Origin: Fidelibacterota bacterium
Lineage (GTDB): Bacteria; Fidelibacterota; UBA2242
DNA length: 24,850 nt
Reading direction: 5' to 3'
Assembly: GCA_049975265.1 (NCBI GenBank)
Contig: JBNGDF010000009.1
Coordinates: 74,395-99,244, forward strand
Shown one piece after another: positions 17,086-24,850 of this stretch. The notes below the pieces were generated by a model. That model saw only the letters and a program-made list of their open reading frames with translations. It was not told the DNA's origin and ran no database searches. The position numbers and the translations under genes are program-made. The stretch's first letter is position 1, and the number at the start of each line of letters is the position of its first letter.

Positions 17086-18611
17086 TAGAGATTCAAATTA
17101 TAGAGCAGTGTCACGATCTGATCCTGCATGTTGTTCACCACACTGGTGGGCATCGGATAGTGATTGACCAGAATCGAGAAAAGGTATTCACGCCCGTTCA
17201 GAGCCTCTACAGCGCCCGAAAGTGCCCGGACCCTGCCCACGTACCCTGTTTTCGCAAAAACGTGTCCTGCGGCGTTTGAACCCTCAAACCGGTTCTCCAG
17301 TGTGCCATCTACTCCGCCAATGGGTAGCGAATCGTAAAAAACCCGGTAGTTGGGATTGTTGCGGATACCGCGCAGAATCGTGACAATCTGATAAGCGGTG
17401 ACCAGATTATGGCGTGACAAACCGGAACCGTCAACAATGAAAATATCTTCAGGTCGCAATCCGATTCGGGCAAACCACTCTTTTTCCGCTTCAATGCCCT
17501 TTTTTGAACTTCCCTCTTCAAATATCTCAACACCGAGGGTTTTCTGCAGCTGCTCGGCATAAAAATTCTGGCTCACTTTGTTGATGGTGCGGATAATATC
17601 CGCCAGCGGGATTGATTGATGATTAAGGAGTAACCGGCAATGCTCATAGTCGGGTCGCTGGAGCGGTAATTCGTCTATATCGCTGATAATATGGGCGGTT
17701 ATGCCGTTTTGATTAAGTGTATATTGAAATGCAGCAAGGGTGTATTTAGTGGGATTGTCCACCGTAATCCACTCTTCGATGGTATCGGCATTGGCTTTGA
17801 TCGTACCGAAAATCACCGCGGATTCGGTACCGGGCGTGCGGAAAAAGTCGATCTTTGTGGCCGAATCGGCAGACACAGTAATTACTTCATTTCGAAGCGT
17901 CAGATAGTGCATATCCGGTTTAATAAATATTGTAGCGTTGGCGCCGATGGAATCGCCCGGGGTGATGAACAGATCCACACAGTTGTCATTAAAGGAAAGT
18001 GCGCCGATAGGGGCGGCATAATAGTATGACAAATCGTCCCAGGCCCAGCTGTACCCCAGACCGGTATCATCAAAGAGATTATCATCACCAATAATGGCTC
18101 CATCGATTTCCCGGATACCGAGCGCCTGCAGCGAATCCGTCCATCTCTGGAAAACTTCCAGATGATTGCCCTCGTAGTGCCGACCGGAAATGGTGGGATC
18201 CCCCGAACCTCTGACAATCAGATTACCGTGCAAAACGCTGTCCTCAATCACACCATCAGTAAACAGGGATGTTGTATAGCGGTAATTCGGTCCCAGCTGT
18301 GCCAGCGCGGCGGTAGTGGTAAAGAGTTTCATATTGCTGGCGGGCATCAACAGCGTGTGGGCATTCAGAGAATATATAATTCGACCGGTTTGATAATCTT
18401 CGATGTGAATGCCGACAATGGCGTTTTGAAAATGCGGTGCACTGATGATACTGTTGACTTGTGACCGAAAGTCCCGCACCGCCGCTTCCGAACAATATTT
18501 CGGGGAAGTGCCCTGAATATTTTTATCTACGATTTCAAGATAGTACAGCGAGCTGCAACTCATTGCAAACAAAAGAGAGAGACTCAAACCTATTTTCCAA
18601 AATTTACTCAT
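17085..18611 (-). CDS. dacB: D-Ala-D-Ala carboxypeptidase/endopeptidase (PBP4, S13), lipoprotein
   Basis: PASNMK (SxxK), GSGDP, SQNFYAE, DGSGLSR, AKTG; lipobox AMSC; its stop overlaps the uvrC start (TAATG). Confidence 0.95.
   Translation of the reverse strand: MSKFWKIGLSLSLLFAMSCSSLYYLEIVDKNIQGTSPKYCSEAAVRDFRSQVNSIISAPHFQNAIVGIHIEDYQTGRIIYSLNAHTLLMPASNMKLFTTTAALAQLGPNYRYTTSLFTDGVIEDSVLHGNLIVRGSGDPTISGRHYEGNHLEVFQRWTDSLQALGIREIDGAIIGDDNLFDDTGLGYSWAWDDLSYYYAAPIGALSFNDNCVDLFITPGDSIGANATIFIKPDMHYLTLRNEVITVSADSATKIDFFRTPGTESAVIFGTIKANADTIEEWITVDNPTKYTLAAFQYTLNQNGITAHIISDIDELPLQRPDYEHCRLLLNHQSIPLADIIRTINKVSQNFYAEQLQKTLGVEIFEEGSSKKGIEAEKEWFARIGLRPEDIFIVDGSGLSRHNLVTAYQIVTILRGIRNNPNYRVFYDSLPIGGVDGTLENRFEGSNAAGHVFAKTGYVGRVRALSGAVEALNGREYLFSILVNHYPMPTSVVNNMQDQIVTLLYNLNL
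17231..17238 (-). other. KOPS-like octamer GGGCAGGG pointing toward the dif-like site
   Basis: CCCTGCCC on the + strand. Confidence 0.4.
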
Positions 18612-18626
18612 TGTTTTACTCCAGCG

Positions 18627-19103
18627 TTAATGTGAATGTCGTTGTTTCTCCGGTCCAAAATAGACGCCCCAAAACTCATCCAACGTTGTCTGCAGTTGGT
18701 GAATTATATCATTATCAGTGCTCTGCTTGGCTTTCATGGCGAGTAACAGCAGCTGGTGGCACAATTCCAGTTGTTGGCGGTAGATTGACAGCCTGGCAGG
18801 ATCATCAGGACCCGCCGGCTTAACCCGTTGCGTCAGGAAATACTGACTTACAATTTCCTGCAGGTAATTGGCGTGGAGTTCTTTGTTATTTACCCAGCGG
18901 ATGAGCTGATTGTAATCTATCATTTGTTGAGTGGATAATGTCCTGATCATGGTCATGGATTTTTCAATGGTGGCAATGTGTTCGCTTATCAGGTCAAAGC
19001 GCATCTCGTCGCCATAAATGCCACAGGGTATTTCACAATGTGCGCTGCTGAAAACCGGCATAAACAGCCCGATTAAAAATGTGATTACTACTGTTCTTTT
19101 CAT
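18627..19103 (-). CDS. sodN: Nickel superoxide dismutase with Sec-type signal peptide (158 aa)
   Basis: Ni-hook HCEIPCGIY directly after MKRTVVITFLIGLFMPVFSSA; RWVNNKELHA and QYFLTQRVKP; GGGAGG RBS supports ATG 19103 rather than 19160. Confidence 0.93.
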   Translation of the reverse strand: MKRTVVITFLIGLFMPVFSSAHCEIPCGIYGDEMRFDLISEHIATIEKSMTMIRTLSTQQMIDYNQLIRWVNNKELHANYLQEIVSQYFLTQRVKPAGPDDPARLSIYRQQLELCHQLLLLAMKAKQSTDNDIIHQLQTTLDEFWGVYFGPEKQRHSH

Positions 19104-19244
19104 CTCTGCCTCCCGATTTTTCTTAACAATATAAAGGATATTGGATATAAATAGTAGCAATTTATTGACGATGTTTCACCATTTTATTTCTTTCGAATGG
19201 AGAAAAATATTCGCAAATTATGGTATCAAACGTGAGGTTCATTT

Positions 19245-20414
19245 ATGAGTCTGATCTGCCTGCACGATGCCACTGTCTATACCGGCATCACGGTTTTGCC
19301 CAAGAATACCGTGCTCATTTCCGATGGCAAAATTGAGGATGTCCTTTCCAATGAACGCTTTAAAAAACGTCCGTTACCCAGCGATGCTCAGGTATTTTAT
19401 TTAAACGGTGCGAATGTCGCCGCCGGTTTTATCGATACTCACATTCATGGGCTCAACGGCTACGATACCGCCGATGCAAATCCCGAATCAATTCTGGAAA
19501 TGTCGAAAGCACTGGTGGAATACGGTGTCACCGGCTTTTGCCCTACCCTCTATCCCCAACCGGAAGAAAATTTCCTGAACGCAATTCGTGCGGTTGTCTC
19601 CGCCATTGGAAAAGAGGAGGGTGCAAAAATTCTCGGAATGCATCTGGAAGGCCCCTTTGTCTCGCCGGAAAAACCGGGTGTCCTGACCGGAAAATATATG
19701 CATCCGGTGGATATCGATCTCATGCACACATTCCTAGAGGCGGCTGAGGGCAATATTGCCATCATGACAGTGGCTCCGGAGCTTAAGAATATGCACGAAT
19801 TGGCGATTATGGCGGAAAAGAGTGGTATTGTCGTTTCGGCGGGGCATTCCAACGCCACCTACGAAAACATGCTGGAGGGGTTTCAGGCGGGTATCCTGCA
19901 CTCCACCCATTTTTTCAACGCCATGCGCCGAATCCACCACCGAGATCCGGGGGTGGTTGGTGCCATTATGATCCATTCCAATGTCTCGTGTGAGGTAATT
20001 GCCGACGGTTATCATGTCCACAAAGCCGTTCTGGAACTTCTTCTGCGGGTCAAACCCATTCATAAAATCGTTCTGGTCACCGACGCACTGAAGCCCACTG
20101 GTCAAAAGAGCGGTCCTTTGATTGCAAATGGTGAAGAGGTTATCCTGGAAAGCGGTCTTTTCAAGCGCAAATCCGATGGAACCATTGCCGGCTCCGCTTT
20201 GACAATGATTAAAGGGGTTCAGAATATGTTTGAGATGGGTATACCGCTGCACGATGCGATTCGGATGGCGAGCATCAATCCGGCAAATGTGCTGAACCGA
20301 CAGGGAAAAATCGGCTCTCTGATTCCCGGCAAAGATGCCGACGTGGTTGTGTTTGATAAAGAATTCAACGTTATGATGACTTTTATCAAAGGCGTGCTGA
20401 AAAAATTTTCCTGA
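19245..20414 (+). CDS. nagA: N-acetylglucosamine-6-phosphate deacetylase
   Basis: GFIDTHIHG, HLEGPF, GHSNAT, THFFNAM, IADGYH, VTDAL and IAGSALTM motifs. Confidence 0.96.
   Translation: MSLICLHDATVYTGITVLPKNTVLISDGKIEDVLSNERFKKRPLPSDAQVFYLNGANVAAGFIDTHIHGLNGYDTADANPESILEMSKALVEYGVTGFCPTLYPQPEENFLNAIRAVVSAIGKEEGAKILGMHLEGPFVSPEKPGVLTGKYMHPVDIDLMHTFLEAAEGNIAIMTVAPELKNMHELAIMAEKSGIVVSAGHSNATYENMLEGFQAGILHSTHFFNAMRRIHHRDPGVVGAIMIHSNVSCEVIADGYHVHKAVLELLLRVKPIHKIVLVTDALKPTGQKSGPLIANGEEVILESGLFKRKSDGTIAGSALTMIKGVQNMFEMGIPLHDAIRMASINPANVLNRQGKIGSLIPGKDADVVVFDKEFNVMMTFIKGVLKKFS
19541..19548 (-). other. KOPS-like octamer GGGTAGGG pointing toward the dif-like site
   Basis: CCCTACCC on the + strand, inside the + strand gene nagA. 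Confidence 0.4.
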
Positions 20415-20452
20415 AAAATAAAAAGCCTTCCGAACAAACATCCGGAAGGCTT
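20414..20452 (-). terminator. Rho-independent terminator of the efflux operon (between convergent genes)
   Basis: AAGCCTTCCG/CGGAAGGCTT 10-bp stem followed on the minus strand by a long T-tract. Confidence 0.85.
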
Positions 20453-20474
20453 ACTGACTATTCCAACGGAACCG

Positions 20475-23400
20475 TTAGCGAATTCTAGAGATATCGAAAT
20501 GGTCCGGTCGCCCGATGGGTTTCATTTCGATTTTATGTTTGCGCATGGCGCGCTTTAACGCTAACTGTTCGAAAAACAGATAAATAATCGGGATCAAAAT
20601 GAGTGTCAGGATTGTTGCCAGGGTCAGCCCGCCGATGACGGCGCGCGCCATGGGAACCCACATTTCAGAGCCCGAACCCAATTTCAACGCCAGGGGAATC
20701 ATCGAAAAGATGGTGGTCAATGCCGTCATTAAAATCGGGCGCATTCGGCGCTTGCCGCCGATCAGAATGGCAACCCAGAGGTCATGCCCCTGTTTTTCAC
20801 GCAGCTGATTGATATAATCCACCAGCACAATCCCGTTGTTTACCACAATACCAACGAGCAGGATCATGCCGATTAAAGCTGTTACACTCATGGTGGTTCC
20901 GGTGATAAAGAGCATCCAGACGGCGCCCATCAGCGCCAGCGGCACCGTAAAAATGATGATAAAGGGATCGAGCAGGGACTCAAATTGAGATGCCATGACC
21001 ATGTATACCAATACAACGGCAGCCATCATCGCCAGCCCCAGCCACATAAAGGATTCCTGCAAATCTTCGGCGGTTCCGCCAATAACCCAGCGAAAACCTT
21101 CGGGAAAATTAATGTTTTCCATAGTTTTTTGAATATCGCGGGACACGCTCTGAAGGTCGCGCCCAAAAGTATTACAGGATATTGTGACAACCCGCTCCTG
21201 GTTTTCCCGGGTGATACTCTCCGCCGCTTCCCCGACGACGATCCTGGCGACATTCTTCAGTGGTACAGGGTGACCGGTCATCGACATGATATAAATATTT
21301 TCCAGGTCCTTCTTATCCTGCCGATAATCTTCATCGAGTCGGACAACGACGTCATATTCGTTGCCACCCTCCCGGAAAAGAGTTGCCGTTTTGCCCTTGA
21401 CATTGGTTTCGATTGCCGACGAAACCTGGTAAACCGTCAATCCCAGTGCGGAAATCCGATCCCGGTCGAGCAGAATCTGCATCTCGGGTTTGGGGTAGCT
21501 GTAACTCTTCGTGATATCGACAACTCCTTCGATTTCTTTGATTTCTGCTTCGACCTCGTCGCCGAGAGTTGTAGCTGTTTTCCGGTCATAACCGAATATT
21601 TTAATCTCGATTTCACCGGTGCCACCCATTTCCATGCCGGCACTGCCAAAAGTGATTTTGGCGCCGGGAATATCTTTAAACCGTTCGCGTAAAGCATCCT
21701 GAATTTCGAAAGTACTCCGTTTGCGGTCTTTTACATCGGGCAGTTTAATCCGGATATCACCCTCATTCGAACCGCCGCCAAATATAGCCGTAAAACCTTC
21801 CGACGTGCCAAATCCGACTTGAACATTGGTTGCTTCCGGTACCTCTTCCTTAATAATTTCTTCTAATTGCAGAAATGTCCGGTTTGTTGCAGTGAGGGAA
21901 GCGCCGGTTTCCCGCTCAACGACAATCTGAATAGCAGACTGGTCGGTACGGCTGATGAATTCACCTCCGACATAACGGAAAATGAAAATGGTTGATATAA
22001 ATAGAAGGACTATTGCAATTAAAAACAGTTTCTTATGTCCCAGAAAATAGTCCAGGATTTTTACATAGCGACTCTCCAAATATTCAATCCAGATACCGAT
22101 TTTATTACTAAAATTCCTGATGAATTTGATATCGCTCCTTCGCTTCTCTTTTCCCAGAAAACGGGATGACAACAACGGAATCAGCGTTAGAGCAATCAAT
22201 AAAGACATAGTTAATGAAAAAACGATCGTGATCACCATATCCTTAAACATCACACCGGCGATACCCGGTACAAATAGAATCGGTAAAAAAATCGCAATCG
22301 TCGTCAGCGTGGAAGCAATGATGGCAACACCGACTTCGCTGGTACCGTCATCGGCAGCCAGACGAATCTCTTTTCCCATCTCCTTATGACGGAAAATGTT
22401 CTCTAACACTACAATAGAATTGTCGATGAGCATCCCGATCGCCAGGGCTAAACCCGCCATGGAGATGATGTTCAGTGTCAAACCGGCTTGGTTCATCACG
22501 AAAAATGTTACGATGATTGAAACGGGAATTGAAATTGCCGCAATAAGCGAGCTGCGGAAATGGCGCAGAAAAAAGAACAGTACGAAAAATGCCAGAAAAA
22601 ATGCCTGGTATGCCGTCGTCGTAAGATTATTAATAGAGTTTTCGATGAATTCAGCCTGGTTCATAATGGTATCGAATTCCAGACTCGGTTCGATACGCTC
22701 TACTATTTTGGGTAGTTCTTTTTGGATATCACGGGCGACCTGTACCGTATTGGCATCGGACTGCTTCATAACCGTAAGGATCATCGCATCCTGTCCGTTA
22801 TTTCGGATAATTTCGGTCATGTCTTTATAGCCGTCGACGACCCGGGCAACCTGTTTCAAATAGATCGGAGTTCCGTTTTTATTGCCCACAACGGTGTTTG
22901 CAATCTGATCCACGCTGGTGTATTCCCCATAGGTTTTTACCGAATATTCTTTATATTCATCGTCAATAACACCACCGGGAATCTGCAGGTTTTCCATGCC
23001 CAGGGTCTGCTGTATCGTCTGTACAGAAATTCCATAGGCGGCAAGTTGCTGCGGATTTACCAGGACTTTGATTTGGCGTTTTAGTCCGCCGGATGTTTTC
23101 GCCGAGGCAACTCCGGCAATCTGCTCGACATTGGGTTCCACCTGCTTCTCCATCAGTTCGCGCATCTCCGCCATACCCAATTTGTCAGAGGATACCGACA
23201 TGATCATTACCGGCATCATGGAGGGGTCGAAAGCAAAGGTCATGGGGTCTGTCGCCTCATCGGGCAGATAATCACGAATTAAATCCAGGCTTTTTCGTAC
23301 ATCGATCTCAGCCTGGTCCATATCCGTACCCCAGGTAAATTCCATGATAATGACCGATGTCCCAGTAGTGGAAACAGAGGTGATATTTTTAACATTTTCA

Positions 23401-23621
23401 ACGGAGACGACCGATTCTTCCAGGGTTCGGGTCAATGTATTTTCGATATCTTCCGGTCCGACGCCGGGATACTGGGTAATGACACCAATAACCGGAAAGG
23501 TAATATCCGGATATAGATCGAGCTTCAGTGAGCCTAATCCATAAATTCCAAAACCGATGGCAATGAGATAGACCATCGCAAAGGTGACACCGCGATTTAT
23601 GGCTAATTTTGCTAATTTCAT
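20475..23621 (-). CDS. RND efflux transporter permease (AcrB/AcrD/AcrF family)
   Basis: 1048 aa, 12-TM RND layout, GMLIDNSIVVLENI, GIVVNNGIVLVD, RMRPILMT. Confidence 0.97.
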   Translation of the reverse strand: MKLAKLAINRGVTFAMVYLIAIGFGIYGLGSLKLDLYPDITFPVIGVITQYPGVGPEDIENTLTRTLEESVVSVENVKNITSVSTTGTSVIIMEFTWGTDMDQAEIDVRKSLDLIRDYLPDEATDPMTFAFDPSMMPVMIMSVSSDKLGMAEMRELMEKQVEPNVEQIAGVASAKTSGGLKRQIKVLVNPQQLAAYGISVQTIQQTLGMENLQIPGGVIDDEYKEYSVKTYGEYTSVDQIANTVVGNKNGTPIYLKQVARVVDGYKDMTEIIRNNGQDAMILTVMKQSDANTVQVARDIQKELPKIVERIEPSLEFDTIMNQAEFIENSINNLTTTAYQAFFLAFFVLFFFLRHFRSSLIAAISIPVSIIVTFFVMNQAGLTLNIISMAGLALAIGMLIDNSIVVLENIFRHKEMGKEIRLAADDGTSEVGVAIIASTLTTIAIFLPILFVPGIAGVMFKDMVITIVFSLTMSLLIALTLIPLLSSRFLGKEKRRSDIKFIRNFSNKIGIWIEYLESRYVKILDYFLGHKKLFLIAIVLLFISTIFIFRYVGGEFISRTDQSAIQIVVERETGASLTATNRTFLQLEEIIKEEVPEATNVQVGFGTSEGFTAIFGGGSNEGDIRIKLPDVKDRKRSTFEIQDALRERFKDIPGAKITFGSAGMEMGGTGEIEIKIFGYDRKTATTLGDEVEAEIKEIEGVVDITKSYSYPKPEMQILLDRDRISALGLTVYQVSSAIETNVKGKTATLFREGGNEYDVVVRLDEDYRQDKKDLENIYIMSMTGHPVPLKNVARIVVGEAAESITRENQERVVTISCNTFGRDLQSVSRDIQKTMENINFPEGFRWVIGGTAEDLQESFMWLGLAMMAAVVLVYMVMASQFESLLDPFIIIFTVPLALMGAVWMLFITGTTMSVTALIGMILLVGIVVNNGIVLVDYINQLREKQGHDLWVAILIGGKRRMRPILMTALTTIFSMIPLALKLGSGSEMWVPMARAVIGGLTLATILTLILIPIIYLFFEQLALKRAMRKHKIEMKPIGRPDHFDISRIR

Positions 23622-24760
23622 GATTCAATTTCCTTACTCACAATGCGCACTTTGGCGGAGTCTGTCAGACCATACTGCCCCAATGTCACCAGAACATCTT
23701 TTTCATTGAGCCCGGAAAGTATCTCAATAGTCCCGTCATCTTCAATTCCGGTCTCTACCAATCGGCGTAACGCAACTCCGTCTTTGATGATAAAAACATT
23801 TTTTTCGGATGTGATTCGCGTATTGGATATTTCACCCCCCAGATATTCGAGATTAGTCTTTTCAATAATGGCGTACGACGGGATCAGTAAGACATCCTGT
23901 TTTTCCTGGGTAATTATCTCAACCGTGGCATACATTCCGGCTTTCAGGCGGTAATCATTATTGTCAATGACAATTTCAACCCGTGAGGAGCGGGTCAGGG
24001 GATTCAGGATTGGATAGACTTTACCGACCTGCCCCGGAAATACATCGTCGGGATAGGCGGCAACCTTAATGAGGACATTTTGCCCTTCCCTGACTTTGGA
24101 TATTTCACTTTCAATGACATCAAGATCGATTTTGACTTTACTGATATCTATGATCGTAAACGCCGGCATCTGTGGTGATGTCTGATCACCCAATTCATAG
24201 TTACGTGCTGCAATAATGCCGGAAATCGGTGCCTTGATTTTTGTGTTTTCCAGCTGCTCTTTCGCACTTTCCAGGGCTGCCGCCGCCTGTTTAACACCGG
24301 ATTCCGCGGATTCTTTCTGGGCTTTGACGGCATCGTATTGCGATTTACTCACGGCGGATTCTTTATATAATTTCTGAATCCGCTCCCACTCTGTCCTGAC
24401 ATTGTTGTACTGGGCACGGGCTGCCTCTAAAGCCGCTTCCGCCTGGAGTACCCCCTGCTGCACCGAGACATCTCTGACTGTTGCCAATATATCACCTTTT
24501 GCGACGACATCGTTGATATCGGTATACAGGGCGGTTATCTTCTCCGGAATGGTGGCATATACCTGTACTTCCTGAAAGGCTTTGATATTTCCTAAAAGTC
24601 GGATTTTATTTTTAATCGGACCGCGTACGACCCGGGTTACTTCGACAGGAACAATTCTCTCTTCCTGATCGGTACGCGCCTCCGGCGATTTTCCGCAACC
24701 GATTAAGATCAAAATTCCGGATATTAAAATCGTCAGTCTTGTGTTCATCCTCATTTTCAT
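23618..24760 (-). CDS. RND periplasmic adaptor (membrane fusion protein), lipoprotein
   Basis: Lipobox LIGC, alpha-hairpin, IKAPISGII, LKAGMYA; ATGA overlap with the permease; CAGGAG RBS. Confidence 0.95.
   Translation of the reverse strand: MKMRMNTRLTILISGILILIGCGKSPEARTDQEERIVPVEVTRVVRGPIKNKIRLLGNIKAFQEVQVYATIPEKITALYTDINDVVAKGDILATVRDVSVQQGVLQAEAALEAARAQYNNVRTEWERIQKLYKESAVSKSQYDAVKAQKESAESGVKQAAAALESAKEQLENTKIKAPISGIIAARNYELGDQTSPQMPAFTIIDISKVKIDLDVIESEISKVREGQNVLIKVAAYPDDVFPGQVGKVYPILNPLTRSSRVEIVIDNNDYRLKAGMYATVEIITQEKQDVLLIPSYAIIEKTNLEYLGGEISNTRITSEKNVFIIKDGVALRRLVETGIEDDGTIEILSGLNEKDVLVTLGQYGLTDSAKVRIVSKEIES
24083..24090 (-). other. KOPS-like octamer GGGAAGGG pointing toward the dif-like site
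   Basis: CCCTTCCC on the + strand. Confidence 0.4.
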
Positions 24761-24775
24761 TCCGAACTCCTGAAT

Positions 24776-24850
24776 CTAAAGTTGATTGATTGCTTTTTTA
24801 AGATTGGACAATGCGATATTGTATTCCAATAAAGATTGCTGGTAATTCAT
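24776..24850 (-). CDS. 3' end of a probable TolC-family outer membrane factor (partial)
   Basis: Minus-strand frame reads ...MNYQQSLLEYNIALSNLKKAINQL*, typical of a TolC C-terminal helix, and sits directly upstream of MFP-RND. Confidence 0.7.
   Translation of the reverse strand: MNYQQSLLEYNIALSNLKKAINQL

Noticed and set aside
19104..19160. N-terminal extension of SodN in the ORF track (TTG start at 19160)
   Set aside because: ATG 19103 has a GGGAGG RBS and begins a clean signal peptide.
20475..23621. Altered proton-relay residues in the RND pump (DN instead of DD; N at the AcrB K940 position)
   Set aside because: The DNSIVV / VVNN pattern is widespread in a large RND subfamily, so it is not unusual.

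Overview
A 24.85-kb bacterial chromosomal segment (standard code 11) of mostly housekeeping genes. An FCB-group organism, such as a Marinimicrobia/KSB1-like lineage, is suggested by protein style only and is not demonstrated. Left to right: tRNA-Ser(GGA) on the minus strand with a degenerate duplicate of its 3' half 99 bp downstream; an unknown lipoprotein; tRNA-Gly(GCC); a stand-alone encapsulin-cargo-type ferritin-like protein; rmuC-mntP-DUF402; and asnA-serA-leuS on the + strand. A minus-strand block converges on this: sodN-dacB-uvrC-purL-M20 amidohydrolase-MurI-like racemase-serine hydrolase. It is followed by nagA (+) and a TolC-MFP-RND efflux operon (-). The main non-genic signal is a 28-bp XerCD dif-like site (9792-9819) at the convergence point. 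The G/C skew flips locally there, and five KOPS-like GGGNAGGG octamers all point toward it, so the window probably spans the chromosome terminus. Other notable items: a Ni-SOD whose Ni-hook His would be exposed by signal-peptidase cleavage (no sodX in the window), a tRNA-derived repeat with a hairpin inserted in the T-loop, a divergent racemase/amidohydrolase/serine-hydrolase trio, and a lipoprotein dense in D-(S/T)-x sequons. No integrase, transposase, CRISPR array or recognisable defence system is visible, and I cannot demonstrate a wholly new system here.
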